Positions 39,980 to 50,557 of a stretch of DNA of 50,557 nucleotides are shown one piece after another. The notes below the pieces were generated by a model. That model searched no databases. It worked only from the letters and a program-made list of their open reading frames with translations, and had not been told where the DNA came from. The stretch lies in the NCBI GenBank assembly GCA_036918135.1, contig JBALDB010000059.1, positions 1 to 50,557 of the forward strand, read 5' to 3'. Source of the stretch: Nostoc sp. Lineage in GTDB: Bacteria; Cyanobacteriota; Cyanobacteriia; Cyanobacteriales; Nostocaceae. The stretch's first letter is position 1, and each line of letters opens with the position of its first letter. Made by a program: the position numbers and the translations under genes.

Positions 39980-42900
39980 ATGAATATAGCAGTTGAGCCG
40001 AACGCCAAGCTTCTAAACTATCAAATTACCGAGCAACTTTATACAAGTTTTAGAACGCTGGTTTACCGCGCAATTCGGGAGGACGATCGACTTCCAGTAA
40101 TTATCAAACTGCTTCACCAAGAATATCCTACTAGCTTCAGCGAACTCCTCCACTTGAGCAATCATTATACGATTGCCAAAAATCTCGACCTGCCAAATAT
40201 TGTTCGCCCCTACAGCTTAGAACCTTACGGTAACAGCTATGCCTTGGTAATGGAGGATTTCGGCGGGATTTCTCTTCGAGAATGGATGAAAGCAGCAATA
40301 AAGAGTAACCAAAATTTCTTGGAAGAGTTTTTAGATATTGCGATCGCTTTGAGTGAAATTCTCGATGGACTTTACCACCATCACACAATCCATAAGGACA
40401 TCACACCTGCGAACATTCTCATCAACCCGCAAACTAAGCAAGTCAAATTAACAGATTTTAGCATTGCCTCGCTTTTGTTTAGAGAAATGCAGGAAATTCA
40501 GCATCCTAATGTCCTAGAAGGTACCCTGGTTTACCTTTCTCCCGAACAAACCGGACGGATGAATCGCCAAATTGACTACCGCAGCGATTACTACTCGCTG
40601 GGAATTACATTTTATGAATTATTGACTGGACACCTACCTTTTCAATCTGACGATCCGATGGAGTTGGTTTACTCTCACATCGCTAAGCAGCCACCTTCCC
40701 TTTGGGAAGTCAAAAGTCAAAAGTCAAAAGCAGCCAGTGCGTTAGGTGGCTCTGGCGACTTGAAGCAACTGGCTTTTAAAAGTGAGGAGATCCCTGAAAT
40801 TCTGTGTGATATTACGATGAAATTGATGGCGAAAAATGCCGAAGAACGCTATCAGAGTGTATTAGGGCTGAAACATGATTTAGAAGTTTGTCGGCGTCAA
40901 CTACAGGAAACTGGACGGATTGAAACATTTGAATTAGGTAAGCAGGATATTTGCGATCGCTTTATCATCCCTGAAAAACTCTACGGTCGCCAAGCTGAAG
41001 TTGAAACTTTACTGAGTGCATTCGAGAGAGTCAGCCAAGGAAGCAGTGAAATTATTTTGCTAGCAGGCTGCTCTGGAATTGGCAAAACCAGTGTAGTTAA
41101 CGAAGTCCAAAAGCCGATTGTCCGACAACGGGGTTATTTTATTAAAGGTAAATTTAACCAGTTCTGCCACCATATCCCATTCTCTGTATTTGTACAAGCC
41201 TTTCAAGACTTGATGACACAACTGCTCGGTGAAAGTGACACCCAACTCGAACAGTGGAAGCCCAAGCTTCTCAAAGCCTTGGGTGAAAACGCACAACTGA
41301 TGATTGAGGTAATTCCAGAACTAGAAAGTCTGATTGGGAAACAGCCTCCTGCACCAGAACTCTCAGCGAATGCAGCAGAAAATCGCTTCAATTTGCTGTT
41401 CTTGAAGTTGACTCAAGTATTCGCTGCACTAGAACATCCGTTAGTAATCTTTATTGATGATTTGCAATGGGCGGATTCTGCTTCTTTAAAGTTAATACAG
41501 TTGTTGATAAGTGAAGCTGACATTGACCATCTACTATTAATTGGTGCATACCGCGATAACGAAGTCAAAAGCACACATCCGCTATTACTAACGTTAGATG
41601 AAATTCAAAAATTAGGTGCCAAAGTCAATACAATTATTTTAAATCCTCTTGATAAAATCTCTGTCAATCATTTAGTTGCAGACACGTTGAATTGTTCCCT
41701 AGAGTTAGCAACACCGTTGACAGATTTGGTATTGAGTAAAACTAAAGGCAATCCTTTCTTTTGCACTCAATTTCTCAAAGCACTACATCAAGATAAATTA
41801 ATTACATTTAACCCTCGCTACAACGGGGAAGACCCCCGCAATGCTAGGGGAAGTCAAGGGTGTTGGGAATGCGATATTGCTCAGGTGCAAGCGCTCTCTT
41901 TTACTGATAATGTAGTGGAATTCATAGCAACTCAACTGCAAAAGTTGCCAAAGCAGACTCAAGAAGTTTTGAAGTTAGCGGCTTGTATAGGCAACCAATT
42001 TGATTTGATGACTCTGGCAATTGTCTATAAAAAATCCCAGCTAGAAACAGCCGCCGACTTTTGGCAAGCCGTGCAAGATGGGTTAATTATTCCTATCAAT
42101 GAAGTTTACAAATTTTATCAAAATTCATCATTGGTTACTTGTACTGAGCGACTTGTGCCGAGCGGAGCCGAGGTAAGCCGAAGTATTAGTCATTTGCAAA
42201 GGACAAATGACACAGGACAAGTGACAATTTACAAATTTCTTCACGATCGCGTCCAGCAAGCGGCTTATTCGCTGATTTCTGAATCGGAAAAACAAGCTAG
42301 CAGCAATGCCTCATTCATACTGGATATGACAACAGTTCTCAAAGCTTCTCAAAGTCTCTCTAGTGAAATCGAACTAGAGAAATTATTGAATACATTGCTT
42401 ACTGTAATCATTGAAAATGCTGGAGCCGATAAGTGTGTGTTGCTACTGCTCAAAGAAAATAGATTGGTCGTCGAGGCAATTGCTCAAATTGGGCAGCAAT
42501 CAACCATACTACAATCCATCCCGATTGAGAATAGCACAGACGTACCCCGTAGCCTGATTTACGCTGTCAAATGCAACCTGCAACCTAGCGTCATCATTGA
42601 TACACCTATGTATTCGACGCCGATCGCCGATCCTTATATCATGCGTCAGCAACCCAAAAGCTTGCTATGTATGCCTATTCTACACCAAGAGAAACTATTG
42701 GGGATTTTGTACCTAGAGAACAATCTGAATACTGCGGCGTTTACGAGCGATGGCTCCGCCAACACCAAGGGCGAACGCGTGGAAATTCTGAATCTATTAT
42801 GCACTCAAGTTGCAATCTCCCTAGAAAATGCTCGACTGTATCAACAGGCACAAGATACTTTAAAAAACCTTGGGCAAACCGAACAATTTTTGCAGTTAAT

Positions 42901-44149
42901 TATTGATAATATTCCCCAATCTGTTTTCTGGAAAGACCGCAATAGCTTTTATTTATGGTGTAACCGCAACTTTGCTAAGGCTGCGGGTTTAAAATTGCCA
43001 GAAAATATTGTCGGTAAAAACGATTACGAGCTTCCCTGGACTGAAGAAGAATCAGATTGGTATATAGAATGCGATCGCCGCATTATGGAGTCTGGACAAG
43101 CTGAACTCAATATTATTGAAACATGGCAGCAAGCAGACGGCAAACAAATCTGGGCAAATACAAACAAAATTCCCCTACGAGATAAAGAGGGAAACGTTTT
43201 AGGCATTCTTGGCACAATTGAAGATATCACCGAACGCCAGGAAGCAGAACAATTACTACAACAGCAAAAGCAACAATTAGAACAAGCATTGCAAGAACTC
43301 CAAATAATGCAATTACAATTAGTACAGAGTGAAAAAATGTCTGCTCTTGGGAATCTCGTAGCAGGTGTTGCTCATGAAATTAACAACCCAATTGGCTTTA
43401 TTGCTGGTAATATCGAACCAGCTAAAGATTATGTTAAAGAATTGTTTGGGCTAATTGACCTCTATCAAGAGAAATTTCCGCATCCTGATTCAGAAATTGA
43501 AGACGAAATCAATGCGATGGATTTAAATTATTTACGCGAAGATTTGCCGAAATTACTGGATTCGATGAAATTGGGTGTTAGCCGAATCCGCAGTATCAGC
43601 AATAGTCTGCGAAACTTCTCCAGAGCAGATCAAGATTACAAAGTTCCCTTTGATATTCACGAAGGTATTGATAGCACTATTTTGATTTTGAGACACCGTT
43701 TAAAAGCTAACGAAAACCGTCCGGGAATTGAAATAGTTAAAGATTATGGAGAATTACCTTTAGTGGAATGCTTTGCTGGACAACTCAATCAAGTGTTTAT
43801 GAACTTGTTAGCAAATGCCATTGATGCACTTGAAGAATACAATATAGGGCGGAGTCTAGAAGAAATTTTAGCTAATCCCAATTGTATTACTATTAAAACT
43901 TGTATAGCCGCTGACGGTAATCACGTTTTAATTAAGATTGCTGATAATGGCGTGGGGATGTCACCAGAAGTTAAACAAAAAGTATTTGACCATCTTTTTA
44001 CTACCAAACCAGTAGGAAAAGGTACAGGATTTGGATTAGCGATCGCTCGTCAAATTATAGTAGAAGGACACGGTGGTTCACTCTCCTGTAATTCAGAACT
44101 GGGACAGGGCACAGAGTTTATTATTCAAATCTCTAGTCAACAAACTTAA
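39980..44149 (+). CDS. Hybrid Ser/Thr kinase - P-loop ATPase - GAF - PAS - histidine kinase (HstK/Pkn-type), apparently internally deleted
   Basis: [15 protein letters not shown] and [18 protein letters not shown] and [27 protein letters not shown]-box VAHEINNP; HATPase [14 protein letters not shown]. Confidence 0.9.
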   Translation: MNIAVEPNAKLLNYQITEQLYTSFRTLVYRAIREDDRLPVIIKLLHQEYPTSFSELLHLSNHYTIAKNLDLPNIVRPYSLEPYGNSYALVMEDFGGISLREWMKAAIKSNQNFLEEFLDIAIALSEILDGLYHHHTIHKDITPANILINPQTKQVKLTDFSIASLLFREMQEIQHPNVLEGTLVYLSPEQTGRMNRQIDYRSDYYSLGITFYELLTGHLPFQSDDPMELVYSHIAKQPPSLWEVKSQKSKAASALGGSGDLKQLAFKSEEIPEILCDITMKLMAKNAEERYQSVLGLKHDLEVCRRQLQETGRIETFELGKQDICDRFIIPEKLYGRQAEVETLLSAFERVSQGSSEIILLAGCSGIGKTSVVNEVQKPIVRQRGYFIKGKFNQFCHHIPFSVFVQAFQDLMTQLLGESDTQLEQWKPKLLKALGENAQLMIEVIPELESLIGKQPPAPELSANAAENRFNLLFLKLTQVFAALEHPLVIFIDDLQWADSASLKLIQLLISEADIDHLLLIGAYRDNEVKSTHPLLLTLDEIQKLGAKVNTIILNPLDKISVNHLVADTLNCSLELATPLTDLVLSKTKGNPFFCTQFLKALHQDKLITFNPRYNGEDPRNARGSQGCWECDIAQVQALSFTDNVVEFIATQLQKLPKQTQEVLKLAACIGNQFDLMTLAIVYKKSQLETAADFWQAVQDGLIIPINEVYKFYQNSSLVTCTERLVPSGAEVSRSISHLQRTNDTGQVTIYKFLHDRVQQAAYSLISESEKQASSNASFILDMTTVLKASQSLSSEIELEKLLNTLLTVIIENAGADKCVLLLLKENRLVVEAIAQIGQQSTILQSIPIENSTDVPRSLIYAVKCNLQPSVIIDTPMYSTPIADPYIMRQQPKSLLCMPILHQEKLLGILYLENNLNTAAFTSDGSANTKGERVEILNLLCTQVAISLENARLYQQAQDTLKNLGQTEQFLQLIIDNIPQSVFWKDRNSFYLWCNRNFAKAAGLKLPENIVGKNDYELPWTEEESDWYIECDRRIMESGQAELNIIETWQQADGKQIWANTNKIPLRDKEGNVLGILGTIEDITERQEAEQLLQQQKQQLEQALQELQIMQLQLVQSEKMSALGNLVAGVAHEINNPIGFIAGNIEPAKDYVKELFGLIDLYQEKFPHPDSEIEDEINAMDLNYLREDLPKLLDSMKLGVSRIRSISNSLRNFSRADQDYKVPFDIHEGIDSTILILRHRLKANENRPGIEIVKDYGELPLVECFAGQLNQVFMNLLANAIDALEEYNIGRSLEEILANPNCITIKTCIAADGNHVLIKIADNGVGMSPEVKQKVFDHLFTTKPVGKGTGFGLAIARQIIVEGHGGSLSCNSELGQGTEFIIQISSQQT

Positions 44150-44307
44150 AAGATAATAAATCATCTTTGTTTGATATTTTATTTTATAATTTTATTTCGA
44201 TTTTTAAGTTAAAGAAAAGCAAGTATAATATTTAAGTTTTATTAAAAATATTTAATAATTGATACTATAAGCTATACTAAACCTCAGAAAAATTACTACT
44301 TGTTTAA

Positions 44308-44419
44308 CTGGCGATCGTTTATCAAACTCTCATAGACAAACATGTAGGAAATATTGAAGTCGATTCTAGGACGTGAGACAGGGTTTACTATTCGTGTTCC
44401 TTTAACCAGTAAAATCTAA
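44308..44419 (+). pseudogene. C-terminal HATPase remnant of a histidine kinase
   Basis: LAIVYQTLIDKHVGNIEVDS, frameshift, GRETGFTIRVPL; parallels the end of the upstream kinase ([32 protein letters not shown]). Confidence 0.55.
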
Positions 44420-44690
44420 AATCTAAAATCGGCAGGGTCAAAGGCGATATACTTTAAGCAAGTTAATTTACAGCTGATTTAAAGTTACTGAAGTAGACCA
44501 TCTTAGTCTAGTAGCTAGGTACAGAGTCATAATTTATAACCATTGATAATTTGTACGCCTTCACCACAAAACTTTATGCTACTCAAGTCAGAAGTAATGC
44601 TGAGATATTCAGTTAATTTATTACTTCATTATTTGAAGTATCAAACTGTACCTATATAAATTGATTCATACCTTCATTCAGCAACGCCTT

Positions 44691-44896
44691 AAAGCCAACT
44701 TAGAGGAGGCGGTGCTAAATGAGTCAAATTTGAGTGATACTGATTTAAGACATGCAAATTTACAAATTTTCAATTAAAGGAAGTCAACTTTTCCCGTTCT
44801 CGTATTATAGGAACACTTTTTACTGATGCTGTTGGGTTAACTCCTCAACAAAAGCAATGGTTAAAAGGGAATGGGGCTTTAAATATCTCTGACTGA
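44691..44896 (+). pseudogene. Pentapeptide-repeat protein 3' remnant (frameshifted)
   Basis: ANLEEAVLNESNLSDTDLRHANLQ, frameshift, LKEVNFSRSRIIGTLFTDAVGLTPQQKQWLKGNGALNISD*. Ends 8 bp before the next ATG. Confidence 0.7.
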
Positions 44897-44904
44897 AAAA
44901 ATAG

Positions 44905-46272
44905 ATGAGCAGCATAGAGCAAATTATCCAACTTACCGAAGCCTTAATTCATGACAAGATAGGAAAATCGCTTTCGTTTATCCAAAAAGCTGTCTTGTTG
45001 GCATCTCTCTCAGAAACAAAAAAGAATTACGCACAAATTGCTTTTGAAAACAACTATTCGGAGAACTATATTAGGCAATTAGTTGCTCCAAAGCTATGGC
45101 AACTACTTTCGGATATTTTTGATGAAAAAGTTAATCGAACTAATTGTCGTGCTGTCCTTGAGCAAAGATTAGACAATTTAGCTTTACCGAGAACATCTCA
45201 GTCCACACAAATCGAACAAAGTATAGATTTAGAATCTCCAGAAGGGCAAGTTCCTCTTTCTTCTACTTTTTATATTGAACGAGATATAGAACAAATTTGT
45301 TATCAAGCAATTCTTCAACCTCGTGGGTTTATCCACATCAAAGCACCGCGCAAGATGGGCAAAACTTCTTTAATGACTAGAATTCTTGCTTATGGAAGTA
45401 TACACAGTTATCAGACGGTACGCTTAAGTTTGCATCGCGCTGAAATAGAAGTTTTTACCTCTTTAGAGAAATTTTTGCGCTGGTTTTGTGCTAACACTAC
45501 CCACCAATTAGGAATAGAGTCGAAGTTAGAGGAATACTGGGATAAAGATATGGGTGCTTTGATGAATTGTACGTTTTATTTTCAAGGATATGTATTACAG
45601 AAAATTTCTAATCATATTATTTTGGCATTAGATGAAGTAAATAAATTGTTTGAATATCCTCAGTTAGCACGTGATTTTTTGGGACTATTACGTTCATGGT
45701 ATGAAGAAACTAGAGATATAACAATTTGGCAAAAACTAAGATTTATAATTGTCAAATCTACTGATATTTATATCAATTTAGATATTAATAAATCTCCGTT
45801 TAACGTAGGATTAACGATTGAACTACCTACTTTGACAAGGTTGCAGGTAGAGGATTTAGCAAAACGTTATAGACTTTACCTGACAGCTTTGCAATTTGAA
45901 CAACTGATGGCACTTACAGGAGGATTTCCTTATTTGGTGCGACTAGCATTTTATCATAGCACTCAATATCAACTTCCTGTAGATGAGCTACTACAAGATG
46001 CCACGAATGATACTGGAATTTTTAGCGAGCATTTGCACGAACAATTACATTCACTTTTACAAAATCCTAATTTGCTTGATGGTTTTCAACAGGTTATTAG
46101 GTCAACTGTACCAATTACTTTAGAGCAAGAAGTAGCATTTAAGTTAAAAAGTTTAGGGCTAATATATCTAGAAAGTAAAACTGCAACCGTTAGTTGTGGT
46201 TTGTATAGAGAATATTTTAGCAATTACTTTACTAATAAAACAATAATCTCATCAGACTTACAGATTAGTTGA
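44905..46272 (+). CDS. AAA_35-type ATPase with an N-terminal HTH-like domain
   Basis: PEGQVPLSSTFYIER, APRKMGKTS, LALDEV, SPFNVG and TGGFPYLV motifs; N-terminal YAQIA...APKLWQLLS. Confidence 0.88.
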   Translation: MSSIEQIIQLTEALIHDKIGKSLSFIQKAVLLASLSETKKNYAQIAFENNYSENYIRQLVAPKLWQLLSDIFDEKVNRTNCRAVLEQRLDNLALPRTSQSTQIEQSIDLESPEGQVPLSSTFYIERDIEQICYQAILQPRGFIHIKAPRKMGKTSLMTRILAYGSIHSYQTVRLSLHRAEIEVFTSLEKFLRWFCANTTHQLGIESKLEEYWDKDMGALMNCTFYFQGYVLQKISNHIILALDEVNKLFEYPQLARDFLGLLRSWYEETRDITIWQKLRFIIVKSTDIYINLDINKSPFNVGLTIELPTLTRLQVEDLAKRYRLYLTALQFEQLMALTGGFPYLVRLAFYHSTQYQLPVDELLQDATNDTGIFSEHLHEQLHSLLQNPNLLDGFQQVIRSTVPITLEQEVAFKLKSLGLIYLESKTATVSCGLYREYFSNYFTNKTIISSDLQIS

Positions 46273-46316
46273 GAAGTTTAAAACCTGTCTGGTTGAAATA
46301 AAAAATAAGTGAATAT

Positions 46317-49300
46317 ATGCTGAAATTAATAAATATTTTTAGGCAGTCATATTGGTATTTAAAAATTTCTCAAGGTTTGTTGTTTTGTAATATATTTACT
46401 TATGTTTTTGCCAGCTTTTATCCAGCTAACGCTCAAATAATACCCGATAACACTTTAGAAACTGAAAAATCTACCATTAGCCATCAAAATACTCGTGAAT
46501 TAATTGGTGGAGGTGCAATTCGCCGTGATAATATTTTCCACAGTTTTCAAGAATTTAATATTAATCAAGGGCAACAGGTTTATTTCGCTAATCCGGTGGG
46601 TATTAATAATATCCTCACTCGCGTTACAGGAAATCATACATCTAAAATTTTTGGCACATTAGGTGTAGATGGTGCGGCAAATTTATTTTTGATTAATCCG
46701 AATGGGATTATTTTTGGTAAAAATGCTCGGTTAGATATTGCAGGTTCTTTTACAGCTAGTACTGCAAATGCAATCGAATTAGGAACAGATGGGTTATTTA
46801 GTGCTACTGAACCTCAAAAAAGTAATTTATTGACAATTCAACCAACAGCTTTTTTTCCTAATGCCCTGCACCAACCGCAAGCAGAAATTAGCAATCAAGG
46901 AAATTTAACAATAGGTACTGGGCAAACTCTGACGTTACAGGGAGATATTGTTACTAATAATGGTTTTTTGACTGTACCAGGCGGAACAGTGCAGCTTTTA
47001 GGAAATCAGGTAAGCTTATTAAATAATGCCAAGATTAATACTGATGCTGTTAACAATGGCAATGGCGGCACTGTAATTATTAAAGCAAACGATTTGACGC
47101 GTTTTGCGGGTAATATTAGCGCCCGTGGTGGTGAAAATTCTGGGAAGGGTGGGTTTGTAGAAGTATCAGGTAGCAGGGTGGAATTTGCTGGTACTGTAGA
47201 TACTAGTGCTGTAAATGGTTTTGGAACATTACTGCTTGACCCGAAAGATATTCTGATTCAAGCAGGGGGTACTGTTAGCGGTCAAAGTCTAAGCCAAGCT
47301 TTAGCGTTGAATAATGTTAATTTACTGGCTAATAATGACATTACTGTTGATGATGATATCACTGGCATTGGGGCAAATAATCTTAACTTAGAAGCGGGGC
47401 GATCGCTCACCATCAATCCCAACCACAGTATTATTCTCAATGGTGGTAATTTTAACGCTAAAATTAACGATGAAAATGCGATCGCAACCGTTAGAGATCC
47501 TGGAGTAGCGCAATTTTTAATGAATCCAGGTTCCCAAATCCTCACCAATGGCGGGAATGCCACTATTACATCAGGAAAATTTGGGCAAAATAGTCAAATT
47601 AATACTACCGATGCATCTATTATCTCTGCAAAAAGTAGCGGCAATGGTGGCAATATTACCCTAAATGCGATCAATGATATTACCACTGGTAATTTAATCA
47701 GTGGGTTTTTCAACATACCCAATATCACCGACTCTATTAATAGCGGTAACATTACTATCAACAGTAGCGCAGGTGGAATTACCACTACTAATTATCTGTT
47801 AGCTAATGCTCAACAGCAAGCAGGAGATATTTCTCTTACCGCCGCAGGTAATCTCAGTCTTAACGCCGCAGGCGATTTTCCTCGTTCTGGTAATATCGCT
47901 TCTATTGGAGATATACCAGGGAAAATTACATTTACTAGTGGTAATATCCTCTCTGGTAAAAATATTCGCATCGTCAATGCCAACTTAGGTGCTGGTATAG
48001 GCAATGATATCACCCTCACCGCTCGCTCAATCTTTCTGGATACTACATCTCTTTTCGCCTTAGCCAGGGGTACAGGTAAAGGGGGAAATATGATTCTCAA
48101 TGCTACAGATGATGTAGTCATGCGGACAAGCGATATTGGTACAAATTCTGATGCGGCGTTGGCTGTAAATCTGCCTACTGGTGCTAGCGGCGATGCTGGA
48201 GATTTTACCCTCAATGTTCGTCGGTTAAGCGTTAGCCAAGACCCAACAGCTTTTTTTCCTTTTAGAGCAACTACCATAAGTACTGGAACTGACGCAAATA
48301 CAACGGGTAATGCTGGGAACTTAACAATCAATGCTTCAGAATCCGTAGAAGTTATCGGTCGTCAACCCACAACCCCAATACTTACCCCTAGCCAATTGGT
48401 GAGCCAACTTCTCCAAGGAACGGGAGTAGGTATAAGCACAAATGCTTTCGGGAGTGGCAACGCTGGTAAACTGACGGTTAACACCGGGCGCTTAGTGCTT
48501 CGAGATGCAGGTGGAATTACCACCTTTCCTGTGTCAGGTAATGGCGGAGATTTAACAATTAATGCTAGAGAAATATTGTTGCAGAATTTTGCCGGGATTC
48601 AAACGGCAACTGCTGGTTCCGGGCAAGCTGGGAATTTGACAATTAATGCCAATAATGTAACGCTCACCAATAGATCGATAATCAATGCAACGGCGCTAGC
48701 TGGTACGGGCAATGCAGGCAATTTAACTTTATCAGTTAAACAATTAAATGTCCGTGATGGTTCTATAGTCTCCTCAGCAACTACAGGAGAGGGGAATGGA
48801 GCAACACTAAATCTCAACGCTACTGACAAAGTAGAAGTGGTGGGGAATTTCGCAGACAATAGCAGTCTTCCCAGTCAGATCGCAACGGGTTCATTGAGTC
48901 CGATTGGTAATGCTGGGGCTTTGAATATTACGACTGGAGAGTTACTTGTCCGCCAAGGAGGAGAGATTACTAGCGCTACCGTTGGTCAAGGCAACGGCGC
49001 ACCCATCACAATTAATTCCCGCACGCTGCAATTAGATAACGGTAGGATTAACGCTTCTACAATCGGTGCTGGTAACGGAGGTGATATTACTATCAACGCC
49101 AGCGAATCTGTAGAAGTTGCTGGAAATGGATTTGCAGACTTGCAGGAAAAAATCATCAATCCAGCTTACGCGGGTACTCTCAGCCTGGCTAACTTTGACC
49201 AGGGAATTGTTGCTGTGAGTGCAGGACAAGGTAAAGCCGGAAATGTTGTGATTCAAACTCCAAATTTTCTTAGCCGCAATAGTGGAATAATTGCTACTAC

Positions 49301-50459
49301 TGCCTTGGGTCAAGGACAAGGGGGGAATATTACCCTTGATAGCAATAATACTTTCGAGTTAGATAACTCTTTTATCGGTACAGGAACATTAACAAATGCC
49401 GAATCTGGCAATGTTAACTTAACAGCGCGTCAACTTACAGCTAAAGGCGGCGCACAGGTATTTACTACTACCTTTGGTTCTGGAAAAGCCGGGGATTTAA
49501 CAGTTAATGGTTTCGAGTCCATTGATTTAATTGACCCCTCGCAGCAGGGTTTCGGCTCAGGCTTATTTGCTTCTTCGGCTCAAACTGCTTCCGGAAACGG
49601 GGGAGACATTAATATCAACATTCCCAATGGTGACTTAAATATTCGCGATCGCGCCATCATATCTGTCAGTGCTTTAGGAACAGGTAATGCTGGAGATGTC
49701 AATATTGATGCCCGTGCAATTTTTCTTGAGCAAGGTTCCATCACTGCTACCAGCGTTTCTGGACAAGGAGGTAACATCAACCTCAAGGTAGCTAATAATC
49801 TACTTTTACGAAATAATAGTCAAATTTCTACCCGTGCAGGAACAGAAAACACTGGCGGTGGTAATGGTGGCAATATCAATATTAATAGTAAATTTATTAC
49901 TGCTGTCCCTCAAGAAAACAGCGACATCACCGCCAATGCTTTTGCCGGAAATGGTGGGGATATCAACATTACTACTCAAGGTATTTTTGGCTTACAAGTT
50001 AATGACAAACTTACTCCAAATAGTGATATCACCGCCAGTTCTCAATTAGGCATCAATGGCATCGTTAATATCAACACCCCAGATGTTGATCCTTCTAGAG
50101 GATTAACTCAATTACCTTCTATACCTACCGACCCTTCCAATCAAATTGTGGCAGGTTGTCCTAGCAACGAAGAGGCAAATTTTGTGATTAGCGGACGCGG
50201 AGGTTTACCAGAAGACCCCCGCCAAATACTGCGTGGTCAGGTAATTTTACAGGATATGCGAGTAAGTGCAGATTCTCCAAATAAATCAGGGCAAATCAGC
50301 CATAGAAAAGTACCAGAAATAAAAGAGCAACCACCATTACTAGAAGCTACTGGATGGATAATTAATCAACAAGGACAGATGGAATTAGTGGCAAATACTA
50401 CACAAGTACAACCTGATGGTGCAAAAAATAAAAGTGAGTGCGGGAATTTATCCAAGTAA
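46317..50459 (+). CDS. Filamentous haemagglutinin-family (TPS domain) exoprotein
   Basis: ANA-QIIPD signal cleavage; NIFHSFQEFN and NLFLINPNGIIFG; many GxAGxLTI beta-helix repeats; C-terminal SGRGGLP and EATGW motifs. Confidence 0.92.
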   Translation: MLKLINIFRQSYWYLKISQGLLFCNIFTYVFASFYPANAQIIPDNTLETEKSTISHQNTRELIGGGAIRRDNIFHSFQEFNINQGQQVYFANPVGINNILTRVTGNHTSKIFGTLGVDGAANLFLINPNGIIFGKNARLDIAGSFTASTANAIELGTDGLFSATEPQKSNLLTIQPTAFFPNALHQPQAEISNQGNLTIGTGQTLTLQGDIVTNNGFLTVPGGTVQLLGNQVSLLNNAKINTDAVNNGNGGTVIIKANDLTRFAGNISARGGENSGKGGFVEVSGSRVEFAGTVDTSAVNGFGTLLLDPKDILIQAGGTVSGQSLSQALALNNVNLLANNDITVDDDITGIGANNLNLEAGRSLTINPNHSIILNGGNFNAKINDENAIATVRDPGVAQFLMNPGSQILTNGGNATITSGKFGQNSQINTTDASIISAKSSGNGGNITLNAINDITTGNLISGFFNIPNITDSINSGNITINSSAGGITTTNYLLANAQQQAGDISLTAAGNLSLNAAGDFPRSGNIASIGDIPGKITFTSGNILSGKNIRIVNANLGAGIGNDITLTARSIFLDTTSLFALARGTGKGGNMILNATDDVVMRTSDIGTNSDAALAVNLPTGASGDAGDFTLNVRRLSVSQDPTAFFPFRATTISTGTDANTTGNAGNLTINASESVEVIGRQPTTPILTPSQLVSQLLQGTGVGISTNAFGSGNAGKLTVNTGRLVLRDAGGITTFPVSGNGGDLTINAREILLQNFAGIQTATAGSGQAGNLTINANNVTLTNRSIINATALAGTGNAGNLTLSVKQLNVRDGSIVSSATTGEGNGATLNLNATDKVEVVGNFADNSSLPSQIATGSLSPIGNAGALNITTGELLVRQGGEITSATVGQGNGAPITINSRTLQLDNGRINASTIGAGNGGDITINASESVEVAGNGFADLQEKIINPAYAGTLSLANFDQGIVAVSAGQGKAGNVVIQTPNFLSRNSGIIATTALGQGQGGNITLDSNNTFELDNSFIGTGTLTNAESGNVNLTARQLTAKGGAQVFTTTFGSGKAGDLTVNGFESIDLIDPSQQGFGSGLFASSAQTASGNGGDININIPNGDLNIRDRAIISVSALGTGNAGDVNIDARAIFLEQGSITATSVSGQGGNINLKVANNLLLRNNSQISTRAGTENTGGGNGGNININSKFITAVPQENSDITANAFAGNGGDINITTQGIFGLQVNDKLTPNSDITASSQLGINGIVNINTPDVDPSRGLTQLPSIPTDPSNQIVAGCPSNEEANFVISGRGGLPEDPRQILRGQVILQDMRVSADSPNKSGQISHRKVPEIKEQPPLLEATGWIINQQGQMELVANTTQVQPDGAKNKSECGNLSK

Positions 50460-50476
50460 AAGGAATCCCCAATGAG

Positions 50477-50557
50477 TTATTTCTGGGGCTGCTGTTCGCC
50501 GGAGGCCGGCTGTTGTACTAGATAACCCAACGCAGCTGTAGCAAAACCGCTGATGGT
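50477..50557 (-). CDS. 3' end of a probable gene extending beyond the window
   Basis: Open frame TISGFATAALGYLVQQPASGEQQPQK*, converging on the haemagglutinin gene. Confidence 0.4.
   Translation of the reverse strand, partial: TISGFATAALGYLVQQPASGEQQPQK

Noticed and set aside
47282..50049. Multiple minus-strand and alternate-frame ORFs within the haemagglutinin gene
   Set aside because: Shadow ORFs caused by repetitive Gly/Asn/Thr-rich codon usage.

Overview
Chromosomal window from a filamentous cyanobacterium, probably Nostoc-like. This is inferred from abundant HIP1 GCGATCGC octamers, heptameric STRR tandem repeats, small dispersed repeats and MITE-like elements. Core or conserved genes: sqdB, an slr0373/ycf46/DUF1257-type three-gene operon, mutS and cysC. 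Accessory content: a large adhesin-like protein with two 7-repeat FG-GAP arrays and an RTX tail, preceded by an unannotated TIGR03032-like pseudogene; a GHL10 glycoside hydrolase fused to a pepsin-like domain; a HIP1-bracketed ABC-ATPase + PIN pair (candidate defence or toxin-antitoxin module); a Ser/Thr-kinase/His-kinase hybrid with an apparent in-frame deletion; an AAA_35 protein; and a filamentous-haemagglutinin-family protein. At 24.9-37.9 kb lies a cobalamin-uptake locus with two B12 riboswitches: btuB, a ferredoxin-domain gene, btuF, btuC and a truncated btuD. Its genes are interleaved with four decayed TonB-dependent siderophore-receptor remnants, two of them fused to AraC remnants. Many pseudogene remnants and nested repeats are visible outside the ORF track. 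All family assignments come from motif recognition by eye; no database searches were run.
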